Shown piece by piece: positions 39,788-48,936 of a stretch of 64,000 nt of DNA. The position numbers and the translations under genes are program-made. The notes beneath the pieces were generated by a model. It was not told the DNA's origin, made no database searches, and saw only the letters and a list, made by a program, of their open reading frames with translations. Within the stretch, counting starts at the first letter, position 1. Each line of letters opens with the position of its first letter. The stretch is taken from assembly GCA_963827655.1 (NCBI GenBank), contig CAWHCF010000017.1:1-64000 (forward strand), in the 5' to 3' direction. The DNA comes from an uncultured Acidobacteriota bacterium (GTDB lineage: Bacteria > Acidobacteriota > UBA6911).

Positions 39788-40435
39788 ATGTTTACCGGGA
39801 TTATTGAGGAGACCGGCGCCGTCCAACGTTTGAGTGTCGGTTCGCAGGGCGCAACTCTCACGATCGCCGGGGCGAGCATCATACCCGGCATGAAGCCTGG
39901 GGACTCCGTAGCCGTGAACGGTGTTTGCCTGACCGTGACTGAATGCAACTCCGGGATGTTTTCCTGCGATCTTTCCGCCGAGACCCTTGAACGCACTACG
40001 CTGCGCTGTCTCACTCCGGGGTTGGCGGTTAACCTGGAACGACCGTTGGCGTTCGGCGATCGTCTGGGCGGACATTTTGTCATGGGACACGTGGATGCGG
40101 TAGGAAGCCTGATTTCCAGGAAGCCCTCCGGAGAGGGTTCGATAATGTTTTTCGGTTATCCGACGGAGTTGGAACGATACCTTGTTTATAAAGGCTCCGT
40201 CGCGGTAGATGGCATAAGCCTTACGATCGCTTCACTCGGCCAACGCTGCTTCAGCGTCGCGATTATTCCTCATACTCTGGACGCGACCAATCTTCGCGAT
40301 TTGAGACCGGGAGCCTCGGTGAACCTCGAAGTCGATCTACTCGGAAAATACCTGGAGCGATTTTTTCACCTCGGCCTCACCGGAAAACCCTCTGCGAGTT
40401 TGACCGAGGAGTATCTCAAGGAGCAGGGATTCTGA
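39788..40435 (+). CDS. ribE: Riboflavin synthase (alpha type)
   Basis: MFTGII start after AGGAG; NGVCLTV, GGHFVMGHVD, KGSVAVDGISLT. Confidence 0.95.
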   Translation: MFTGIIEETGAVQRLSVGSQGATLTIAGASIIPGMKPGDSVAVNGVCLTVTECNSGMFSCDLSAETLERTTLRCLTPGLAVNLERPLAFGDRLGGHFVMGHVDAVGSLISRKPSGEGSIMFFGYPTELERYLVYKGSVAVDGISLTIASLGQRCFSVAIIPHTLDATNLRDLRPGASVNLEVDLLGKYLERFFHLGLTGKPSASLTEEYLKEQGF

Positions 40436-41079
40436 TGCTAGGACGCACCAACGTGATGGCGCTCAGTATCCTGGTGTTCCTTGGTTGCGCGGCTGGGGCC
40501 GAGGCGCCCATTCCTCCCTTTGGGCGCGACACCGTCCTGGTCTGGAAAGTAACCAACGAAGGCGACACTGACGCCGGGACCTTCGTGGTGCGCATCGCCG
40601 AGTTTCTTCCCAATCGCTTTATCGAATGGGAAAATGCGCAGACGCAGGGTACGATTTTCATGTCGCACGATGCCGTGACCAAGTCCCGGGTTTTCGTCAA
40701 CGCGCGTCTTTTCGAGGCGGGGGTCGATAGCAAAGGCAAGGACTCCACGACTCTCTGGCTGAGCCAACGGGTCTTCCGAGAACTGAAAGCGAAGGGGAGA
40801 GTAAAACTCGCGATTGATTCGCTCGATGGTTGGATGACTCTCGAAGGGAGTGAGCAGATTCAGGTCGAGGTGAACAAAGTTCCGACGGAAGTGCCGGTGG
40901 TCAAGGTAAAGGACGACCGCGGCATGGAGCGGTGGTTCTTAGACCTGGAAGAAAACCCGTTGATGGTAAAGCACAGTTATCGCGCCTACAGCCAGACTCT
41001 CAAGAGCATAACCACCGATCGCCCTAACACGTTGCGATGGATCAAGGGGAAGAAGCTTGGTCGAGGTGGAAGCTTCTAG
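40435..41079 (+). CDS. Hypothetical exported protein
   Basis: 214-aa ORF coupled to the ribE stop; signal-like N-terminus. Confidence 0.7.
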   Translation: MLGRTNVMALSILVFLGCAAGAEAPIPPFGRDTVLVWKVTNEGDTDAGTFVVRIAEFLPNRFIEWENAQTQGTIFMSHDAVTKSRVFVNARLFEAGVDSKGKDSTTLWLSQRVFRELKAKGRVKLAIDSLDGWMTLEGSEQIQVEVNKVPTEVPVVKVKDDRGMERWFLDLEENPLMVKHSYRAYSQTLKSITTDRPNTLRWIKGKKLGRGGSF

Positions 41080-41171
41080 AGGCGCTCCTGAACTCGTACA
41101 CCTCTTTTTTCCTTGTCGTGCGGGGCAAAACAAGAACACAAAAGCTGCCCGACGCCCAGCCGGCGTATCGA

Positions 41172-41894
41172 TCAGCCGTGCCGGTTGCGCACTAATCCAG
41201 AAGCAATCGCGGTTCGTGTCCGCTGCGCGAGTTCGTCGCTGTCGTGCATTCCCGGTTCATGGGTGAAAATCGGGTCATGAAAAATGACCTCGATCACTCC
41301 TGGGTGAATTCCGTAGGTTCCCGGAGGTTGAATCTTTCGGCTGTTGACAATCGATACGGGAAGGATAGGCGTCTTCGCTTTGAGCGCCATCAGGAAGGCT
41401 CCCTTCTTGAATGGCCCGAGCTGGCCATCCCGGCTGCGTGTACCCTCGGGAAAGGCAACGAGCGAATATCCCTCTTTCAAGAGTCGCACTGCACAGTCAA
41501 TGCTGGTTTTTGCTCTGGCCGGGTTCGAACGATCGATCGGAACGAACCGGACCTGCTTGAGGAGCACCGAAAGAACGGGAATCCGCATCATCTCCTTTTT
41601 GATCAGGGCTCGAAAGTCGCGTGGTATCGCGTGCAAGAGTACGGGGCCGTCAAAGTTTCCTTGATGGTTGGAGACGAAAAAGTAGTTCTGCCCGGGACGA
41701 ATTTTTTCCCGTCCTTCCAACTTGACTCGGACGCCGCAGAGCCATCCCGCCGTTCGAATACAGAGGTGAGCCGCTCGATAAATGAACGTTGTATTTCCGG
41801 ACGCAACGGTCCATAACATTGCGACGGGAGTCATGACAAGGATGAACAGGCCGACAAAGAGATAAACCAGGGAGGCTCGGGCGAACTGTTTCAT
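41172..41894 (-). CDS. plsC: 1-acyl-sn-glycerol-3-phosphate acyltransferase
   Basis: NHQGNFD, FVPIDR, FPEGTRS, FKKGAF. Confidence 0.92.
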   Translation of the reverse strand: MKQFARASLVYLFVGLFILVMTPVAMLWTVASGNTTFIYRAAHLCIRTAGWLCGVRVKLEGREKIRPGQNYFFVSNHQGNFDGPVLLHAIPRDFRALIKKEMMRIPVLSVLLKQVRFVPIDRSNPARAKTSIDCAVRLLKEGYSLVAFPEGTRSRDGQLGPFKKGAFLMALKAKTPILPVSIVNSRKIQPPGTYGIHPGVIEVIFHDPIFTHEPGMHDSDELAQRTRTAIASGLVRNRHG

Positions 41895-42069
41895 CGACTG
41901 GTCCCTTTTGGACTGCGGCGACTTGCCGCGCTTCACGGTCAGTCTACATGCGTCGATCGTCAATCGTCATTCGTCAGTGTTCTTGTGAGAGACCAGAATA
42001 CCTGATCACTTTTTTTACCGCAAAGAGAGGATAAAGTCTGTGCGTGTTGCGGAGTATCGGGGGTGATCC

Positions 42070-43260
42070 GTGGGATTCCATTCGATAGGGGAAGCGCTGG
42101 AAGATATTCGCGACGGCAAAATCATCATCGTCGTCGATGACGAGGACCGCGAGAACGAGGGGGATTTTACCCTGGCCGCCGAGAAAGTGACGCCGGAAGC
42201 CATCAACTTCATGGCCCATTACGGTCGCGGTCTGATCTGTCTGCCGCTGACGGCCGAGCGCCTGGACCAGTTGAATATTCCGCTGATGGTGGAGGGAAAT
42301 ACGAGTAAGTATGGAACTGCCTTCACAGTTTCGATCGAAGCTCGGCACGGTGTTACCACCGGCATTTCCGCCGCCGACCGCGCGACCACGATTCTAACGG
42401 CGATCAATCCGAGGAGCACGCCATCGGATCTGGTGCGGCCAGGACATGTGTTTCCGCTGCGCGCGCGGGCGGGCGGAGTCCTGGAACGAGCGGGCCAAAC
42501 GGAAGCTGCGGTCGATCTCGCGCGTCTTGCCGGTCTCTCGCCCGCCGGCGTCATCTGCGAAGTCATGAACCAGGATGGCACGATGGCCCGCATTCCGGAG
42601 CTGCGCAAAGTGGCCCGCCGCCACCGGCTGAAGATCATCACCGTGGCCGATCTGATTGCCTTCCGTTTGAAAAACGAAACCTTCGTTCACAGGATTACCG
42701 AAGCCGATGTTCCCACCGAATTCGGCGAATTTCGGGTGATCGTGTTTGAAAACTCGCTGGACCACCAGCATCATGTCGCGCTGGTTAAGGGGGTCATCGA
42801 TCCGAATGAGCCCACGCTGGTGCGCGTGCAATCGCAGTCGACCATGGCGGACGTATTTCATTCCCTGCTCAGCGAGAGCGGCGCGCAGTTGCGCGCGGCG
42901 CTGAGCATGATTGATGGGGCTGGAGCCGGGGTCGTGGTGTACTTGCGCCAGGAGGGCGGCGGAACGGGACTGGCTGAAGAAATATGCGGGTATGGGTTGC
43001 GCCGGCACAGGCCCGTGGCCGCAGAAGCCGGCGCATGGCTCGAGTCCAACCCGGACCTTCGGGTTTACGGCATCGGGGCGCAGATTCTAACGCAACTGGG
43101 CGTCCGAAAGCTGCGCCTGCTCACGAATCACCCCAAGAAGATTATCGGGCTTCAAGGCTATGGCTTGACGGTGATCGAGCAGGTTCCGCTGGTAACGAAC
43201 CGGTCGGAACTTTACCTGCGAAAGGATTTGAGTCCTGGGAAGCGCGAGACGCCAAGCTAG
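42070..43260 (+). CDS. ribB: DHBP synthase fused to a degenerate GTP cyclohydrolase II domain (RibBA/RibBX-like)
   Basis: [25 protein letters not shown] intact; the GCHII Zn cysteines are absent ([12 protein letters not shown]...LLSESG). Confidence 0.9.
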   Translation: MGFHSIGEALEDIRDGKIIIVVDDEDRENEGDFTLAAEKVTPEAINFMAHYGRGLICLPLTAERLDQLNIPLMVEGNTSKYGTAFTVSIEARHGVTTGISAADRATTILTAINPRSTPSDLVRPGHVFPLRARAGGVLERAGQTEAAVDLARLAGLSPAGVICEVMNQDGTMARIPELRKVARRHRLKIITVADLIAFRLKNETFVHRITEADVPTEFGEFRVIVFENSLDHQHHVALVKGVIDPNEPTLVRVQSQSTMADVFHSLLSESGAQLRAALSMIDGAGAGVVVYLRQEGGGTGLAEEICGYGLRRHRPVAAEAGAWLESNPDLRVYGIGAQILTQLGVRKLRLLTNHPKKIIGLQGYGLTVIEQVPLVTNRSELYLRKDLSPGKRETPS

Positions 43261-43850
43261 ACCTTCGAGAGGAAGTGTCCCAGCTTCTCTTTCTTGATTT
43301 TTAGATAGTCCCGCGTCGAGGAGTTCGGAGTTATCTCCAGGGGAATGCGCTGCTGCACTTGTACGCCTTCTTTTTCGAGGGCCCGCACTTTTTCGGGGTT
43401 ATTGGAGAGAAGGCGAATGCTTCGAAACCCGAGATACTTCAGAATCTCGGCCGGCATGCGATATTCGCGTTGATCGGCCTTAAACCCCAGTTCCTGGTTG
43501 GCTGAAACTGTGTCCAGTCCCTGGTCCTGCAGTTCATAGGCGCGTATCTTGTTGATCAGACCGATTCCACGGCCTTCCTGCTGCTGGTAGACCAGGACTC
43601 CGAAACCGGCCTGTGAAATCAGTTGCATCGATGTATGAAGCTGATCTCTGCAATCACAACGGACGGAGGCGAACACATCTCCGGTGAGGCACTGCGAGTG
43701 AATTCGAACCATCGGAATCGAGCCCGCAGGCGGAGGGCCAGCCATCAGCGCCACGGCTTCTTCGCCTGAATCCAGGTCACGGAATCCATAGACCGTGAAG
43801 TCTCCGTAGGGTGTGGGGAGCGTGGCGCGAGGAACTTTGGCGAAATTCAT
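43257..43850 (-). CDS. ribA: GTP cyclohydrolase II
   Basis: [12 protein letters not shown]...[26 protein letters not shown]. Confidence 0.95.
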   Translation of the reverse strand: MNFAKVPRATLPTPYGDFTVYGFRDLDSGEEAVALMAGPPPAGSIPMVRIHSQCLTGDVFASVRCDCRDQLHTSMQLISQAGFGVLVYQQQEGRGIGLINKIRAYELQDQGLDTVSANQELGFKADQREYRMPAEILKYLGFRSIRLLSNNPEKVRALEKEGVQVQQRIPLEITPNSSTRDYLKIKKEKLGHFLSKV

Positions 43851-43998
43851 ATAGTCAATTCTCACTGGGCGGCCCCGGGCGAGGTCTCCGGTATATTTTG
43901 GACCGCGGCGGGAGTATTATCCGCATGGATCGCGTGGCTGTCAACCTGCGCGCCGTGGCCTCGGTGTGGCAACTGCGAAGATCAAAGAATCAGGGCAT

Positions 43999-44607
43999 AT
44001 GGATGACAATCCGGCTAAGAAGATAATCGTGGCCATCACGGGAGCGACGGGATCTATCCTGGGGGTGCGTCTGCTGCAGCTCTCGCGCGGCGCAGGGATT
44101 GAGACGCACCTCGTGGTGAGCAAGTGGGGCGTTCGAACACTCATGCATGAAACATCCTATGGGATCGAGCAGGTCAGGCAAATGGCGAGTTTCAGCTACC
44201 AGGAGGGTGATGCCGGCGCCGCGATTTCGAGCGGCTCCTTCTTGACCGACGGAATGGTCGTGATTCCATGCAGTATGAGAACTCTGGGCGCGGTCGCGAG
44301 CGGTCACGGCGACAACTTGATCCATCGTGCAGCCGATGTCGTTCTGAAAGAGCGCCGGAAACTGGTTCTCGTAGTACGCGAAGCGCCATTCAATGAAATC
44401 CATTTGGAGAACATGTTGAAACTGACGCGCATGGGCGCGGTCATTACTCCTCCAGTCCCGGCGTTCTACAATCACCCTCGGACGATTGCCGACGTCGTGG
44501 ATCACATCGCGTCGCGCGCACTGGACCATCTGGGTATTCATCTGGATCGCGTCAGCCGCTGGGATGGTGTGATGTCATCAGACGGAGCGTCTCTGATGCA
44601 GGAGTGA
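43999..44607 (+). CDS. ubiX: Flavin prenyltransferase
   Basis: VAITGATG, ISSGS, PCSMRTL, RAADVVLKERR, PPVPAFY. Confidence 0.95.
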   Translation: MDDNPAKKIIVAITGATGSILGVRLLQLSRGAGIETHLVVSKWGVRTLMHETSYGIEQVRQMASFSYQEGDAGAAISSGSFLTDGMVVIPCSMRTLGAVASGHGDNLIHRAADVVLKERRKLVLVVREAPFNEIHLENMLKLTRMGAVITPPVPAFYNHPRTIADVVDHIASRALDHLGIHLDRVSRWDGVMSSDGASLMQE

Positions 44608-44744
44608 GGAGTATCCTCGGTCTTCGCGAGTTCTGTTAGTTCCGCACCATTAATTCCACTCTGCAATCGCGCGCATTCCTCCTTGCCTTTCTGGGCCCCA
44701 TACGATAAAAAAACAACCCCCCTTAACCAGGGAGGATCCATCTC

Positions 44745-46001
44745 ATGAAACAGCACACCTTGATCAGCTCCATTGTCCTGACCCTGTTGGGTTGGAGTAT
44801 TAACGCTCACGCTGACGTAGTCACCGACTGGAACACGGCCGCCCTGAACGCCATCCGCCTTGACCGAACGCCTCCGCCAGTCGCTTCTCGCGCCCTCGCC
44901 ATCCTGCACGCGTCTATTTACGACGCGGTGAACGGGATCAGCCGCAGCCACGAAGCGTACTTCGTGCCGAGCCAGGTCCCTGCCAGGGCTTCCAGAGAGG
45001 CCGCCGCCAGCGCGGCCGCGCACAAAGTGCTCAGTACGCTCTTCCCGAACAGCGCCGCCGCCTTCGATATGCTCCATGCCACAACGCTCGCCGCCATTCG
45101 GAACGGTCTGCAAAAGGCAGCGGGCGTCGCCTGGGGCGAATCGGTCGCCGCCCGGATCCTTGCCTGGCGGGCGATCGATGGGTCCGGCGTGCTCGTGGCG
45201 CCTCCTTCCGGCAACGGTCCCGGTGACTGGCAGCCGACGCCGGAGGCGTTTCTTCCTTATTTGCTGCCGCAGTGGGGTTTTGTCGCCTCCTTTGCGATTC
45301 CCAGGGCGTCCGCTTTTCGTCCGCCCGGACCACCGCTTCTGGACAGTGCGAGATGGGCGGCGGATTACAACGAGGTCAAGGAAATCGGTCGGGCCACCGG
45401 TTCTACGCGCACGGCGGAACAGACCGAAATCGCGCTGTTCTGGGCCGATGGTGCCGGCACGGAAACTCCGCCGGGACATTGGAACAGCATCGCGCAAAAT
45501 GTCGGGGAGCGAAACACACTGGAAGAGAACGCCCGGCTGTTTGCCCTTTTGAACATTGCGCTGGCCGACGCCGCCATATGCTCCTGGGATGCCAAATACT
45601 TCTATAACTTCTGGCGCCCGGTGACTGCGATTCGTAACGGTGATACGGATCGCAACGACGCAACCACGCCCGATCCCGAGTGGAGTTCACTGATAGTGAC
45701 TCCTCCATTTCCAGACTACACGTCCGGCCATAGCACTTTCAGCGGCGCGGCAGCGACCGTGCTGGCTTTGTTCTATGGTACGGACAATATAGTATTCGCC
45801 ACCGGCTCGGATTTCTTGCCGCGCGTCTTCCGACGCTTTACCAGTTTTTCGGCTGCGGCCCGGGAAGCGGCGCTCAGCCGCCTGTACGGTGGTATCCACT
45901 ACCGGTCTGCCAATGACGACGGTTTGACTGCGGGCAGCGCCGTCGGCACGTGGACGTTCAGAAATTACCTTCAGCCGAAAAACAATCGTTCGCGAAAGTG
46001 A
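44745..46001 (+). CDS. Secreted vanadium haloperoxidase/PAP2-superfamily protein
   Basis: KYFYNFWRP, PDYTSGH, SRLYGGIHY; signal peptide. Confidence 0.9.
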   Translation: MKQHTLISSIVLTLLGWSINAHADVVTDWNTAALNAIRLDRTPPPVASRALAILHASIYDAVNGISRSHEAYFVPSQVPARASREAAASAAAHKVLSTLFPNSAAAFDMLHATTLAAIRNGLQKAAGVAWGESVAARILAWRAIDGSGVLVAPPSGNGPGDWQPTPEAFLPYLLPQWGFVASFAIPRASAFRPPGPPLLDSARWAADYNEVKEIGRATGSTRTAEQTEIALFWADGAGTETPPGHWNSIAQNVGERNTLEENARLFALLNIALADAAICSWDAKYFYNFWRPVTAIRNGDTDRNDATTPDPEWSSLIVTPPFPDYTSGHSTFSGAAATVLALFYGTDNIVFATGSDFLPRVFRRFTSFSAAAREAALSRLYGGIHYRSANDDGLTAGSAVGTWTFRNYLQPKNNRSRK

Positions 46002-46006
46002 ATTTC

Positions 46007-46082
46007 GGTGACAGGTTCCAAATTGCGTGGCAGAACTCTCGTCTTTGGCCTCTCTTGACAACGCAATTTGGCGCCTGTCACC
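46007..46082. repeat. REP-like 76-bp palindromic element, copy 2
   Basis: GGTGACAGGTTCCAAATTGCGT...ACGCAATTTGGCGCCTGTCACC. Confidence 0.85.
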
Positions 46083-46147
46083 AAATTTAAAGCCTGGTGT
46101 TTCTTCGTGTCTTGGTGTCCTGGTGGTATTGGTTTGAAAGGCCGGAA

Positions 46148-46882
46148 TCAGGGAAGCTGGCGGATGCGAAGATTCCTGAATTCAATCGGTGACCCTTCCG
46201 ACTCCAGACAGAGGTAGCCGGTGCGAGGTTCGGCGTCGCTGCCGCCCGAGACTTCCTCCCCGTTGACCCACAGCCGCACTTCGCCATTGATGGCCCGGAC
46301 GTAGTAATGGTTCCACTCTCCGACGCCTTTGCTGAGCTGCTTGCGTGGGAAACTGCGCGAGCCGTTGGGGGAGGTCGGAGGAAACGGTTTGAGCTTGGAT
46401 TTGCCCACGGCAAAGATGTCGCCGTTGGTGCTGAACCAGTCGCCTTTCTTTCCGGATCGTTTCTCGTATTGCTCGGCGAACCCGTGATCGAGCATCTGCA
46501 CCTCGATGCCACCCTGGGGCAGCACATTTGGTTTCAGCTCCTTGAGCGCCTCTTCCGGCACCCAGACGAAGACGCCCGAGTTGCCTGCGGGACGCAAATG
46601 CCGCCATTCCACGACCAGCTCGAAGTTGCTGAACAGTTGCTGCGTGCGCATCACGCCGATCGGCTGGCCCGTGCAGCTCAGCAGATCGTTCTTCCAGGTC
46701 CAGGTCTCGGGATAACAATTGACGTTGGCAAAGTCCTCCTGCCCCAGCGCGCGCCAGCCGGGTCCGGTGCCGTCGACGAACGCCTTGGGCAGGCTCGGTT
46801 CCTGGCCGAGGCAGAAGGCGATCGCCGGCAGCACCACCATCCCAAGCCAACCTGAGACTCGCGCAAGAGAAACATGCCACAT
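46148..46882 (-). CDS. DUF1080 (3-keto-disaccharide hydrolase-like) protein
   Basis: FSNFELVVEWR, GNSGVF, GEWNHY, GYLCLESEGSPIEFRNLRI. Confidence 0.88.
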   Translation of the reverse strand: MWHVSLARVSGWLGMVVLPAIAFCLGQEPSLPKAFVDGTGPGWRALGQEDFANVNCYPETWTWKNDLLSCTGQPIGVMRTQQLFSNFELVVEWRHLRPAGNSGVFVWVPEEALKELKPNVLPQGGIEVQMLDHGFAEQYEKRSGKKGDWFSTNGDIFAVGKSKLKPFPPTSPNGSRSFPRKQLSKGVGEWNHYYVRAINGEVRLWVNGEEVSGGSDAEPRTGYLCLESEGSPIEFRNLRIRQLP

Positions 46883-47110
46883 GAAGAGCCCTCCCACTGT
46901 TATTTCAAGAGAAGCGCACGGCACAAACCGGCTTCCGGGCATTTCTATCGAGAAAGCGCTGGGGACGCAAGCCCATTCTCGAATTCCGGACTGCGTGGGG
47001 TGCGATCCAATCACAACTCGGGTCAGGATCGGCGCGCGGGGCCTCAAAAAACACCAAAGGGATTTCTCCGAGCGGCCAGCCCCAGGTTGACAAAACCTTC
47101 CCCGCGATAG

Positions 47111-47404
47111 CTACGATTTCAGGGTATGGTAAAAGGCTCGCTCACGCTTCTCCAACCGTGGCAGGGCTTCCCCCTTGATGTAGCGTTCGAAGTGGGGAGT
47201 CGACATGTGGGTCTGATAAGCCGATTCATCCGTATATTGCTCGTAGAGGAAGAAGACCTGCGGATCCTCGGCGGATCTGTGCGTCTGGTAAAAGAGGCAG
47301 CCCGGTTCCGCTCTCGAAAGGGGTGTCATGGTCTCGAGAATCTCTCGGATTTTTTCCTCCTCGCCGGACTTGACTCGATAGGTCGCTGCGACGACATAAG
47401 CCAT
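47111..47404 (-). CDS. Antibiotic biosynthesis monooxygenase (ABM) family protein
   Basis: SRAEPGCLFY...FFLYEQY...HMSTPHF. Confidence 0.9.
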   Translation of the reverse strand: MAYVVAATYRVKSGEEEKIREILETMTPLSRAEPGCLFYQTHRSAEDPQVFFLYEQYTDESAYQTHMSTPHFERYIKGEALPRLEKRERAFYHTLKS

Positions 47405-47698
47405 AGGGACGTCTCCTGTATAAGACTGCACGCTTCAGATCCCAACTTACCACCAGGACGCAAGGACGCCAAGAGACTCGAAGGCTTGGCTCTAGATCTC
47501 GACAGTCTTCGGGCTTCGTCCGGGGACTCAAACTGCTAGTCCAGAAACTTGGGGTTTGCGCCGGACTCTTGGTAGAATCCCGGAACCAGAGGCGACCTTA
47601 TTTCAGACCATTCGGCGCTCTGGTTGACATTGCCGATCGCCTCGTGCTGGAACAGTCGCATCTGATCAGCTATTCCGGAGAATCACGGAGCACCATCG

Positions 47699-48055
47699 AT
47701 GCCCATTCGCACGCAGCAAGAAGAGCCGGGTTTGCTTGTAGCCACTGTAAGCGGACGCGTTCATTACCGTGAGTTTCGGCCGCTGTGGCAAGAGAGTGCT
47801 GAGGCCATTGGACGGCTGGGCAAAATAAGAATCCTCATCGTGCTCGACAATTTCCAGGGATGGGAACAAAGTGAGGGATGGGGAGACACGAGCTTTCAGG
47901 AAAAATACGACCCATTCATCGAACGCATCGCTATTGTGGGGGATAGTCAATGGAAGGACCTCGTCCTCGCGTTCGCAGGCAAGCCGTTTCGAACTCTCCC
48001 GATTCAATATTTCCTGCCCACGCAACTCGCGGAAGCGCGCGCCTGGCTGGGTTGA
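47699..48055 (+). CDS. STAS/SEC14 (SpoIIAA-like) domain protein
   Basis: FQGWE...IERIAIVGD...AEARAWL. Confidence 0.85.
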   Translation: MPIRTQQEEPGLLVATVSGRVHYREFRPLWQESAEAIGRLGKIRILIVLDNFQGWEQSEGWGDTSFQEKYDPFIERIAIVGDSQWKDLVLAFAGKPFRTLPIQYFLPTQLAEARAWLG

Positions 48056-48111
48056 GTCAAATCGTGCTGCGATTGAAGTCGCCCAGTGGTGGCAAGCGGC
48101 GCCTGGGAATA

Positions 48112-48730
48112 GTGGCTTCGAAGCTCGCCCTTTTCTTTGCGTTCACTCTCCCGGCGTCGGCCCAGGTTTTCGAGCTGACGCCACTGTTCGGCTATCGAAT
48201 GGGCGGCACGCATCCAGGTGAAGAACGAAGGGGAGAGTACGTCCATCAAGGCCAGGTTGAAGGACGGTTTTGCCTATGGTTTGGCGGCAGGATATCGGTT
48301 CGACGAAGAGTCGGTCATTGAGTTCCGATGGGCACGCCAGCATAGCCGGCTCCGCTTACCGGATCCTGTCTCCCCGGATCTGGTCTCGCCGATCGATACC
48401 ACGATCGACCAATTCCACTGTGATTTTACTCACGAGTATGAGTGGGACCATTATCCCGGCATCCGGCCTTATGTCCTGGGAAGTGCAGGCGCCACCAGAT
48501 TCGGCCTCCCCGGTGAAAGCTTCACGCGTTTCTCTTTCGGCCTGGGCGGGGGCGTGAAGATTTCCATTCATCCGCGCGTGCGTTGGCGCATTCAGGCAGA
48601 GTGGCTTCCCATCTGGATCGAGCCGGAGGCGAGAGGCCTGACCTGCAGGGGCGGCGTCTGCGCTGTGTTCTTGTCGGGGACCCTGACGCACCAGTTTGAG
48701 GTCAGCTTCGGTCCCGTTTTTCATTTTTGA
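48112..48730 (+). CDS. Outer-membrane beta-barrel protein (frameshift near 48210)
   Basis: Signal peptide and FELTPLFGYRMGG in one frame; RPYVLGSAGATRF...C-terminal F in the next. Confidence 0.75.
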
Positions 48731-48769
48731 GAAAGGGAGAGTGGCGAGTGGCTCCGAATCTCTTATTTA

Positions 48770-48936
48770 GCGTTCGCGCAGAAATAAGTTCACATTCTGC
48801 TGCAGGCCCGAGGCCGCCGGCTAGGCGCGAGCGACGATGCGGACGCGGCCGGTACGTGGGGAGCGGGCAACAAAGCCACGATGGGGGTTCCGCCGAGTAC
48901 AACCTGGCAGACGATTATTCTGCGCAGAATAGTCGC
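48770..48936 (+). mobile_element. MITE family variant (same left TIR, different internal module)
   Basis: GCGTTCGCGCAGAAATAAGTTCACATTCTG then AGGCGCGAGCGACGATGCG...GCAACAAAGCC shared with 1880-1940. Confidence 0.7.

Noticed and set aside
43999-46001. ubiX plus vanadium haloperoxidase-like gene as a biosynthetic cluster
   Set aside because: No ubiD or scaffold-building enzymes are adjacent; the juxtaposition is probably incidental.
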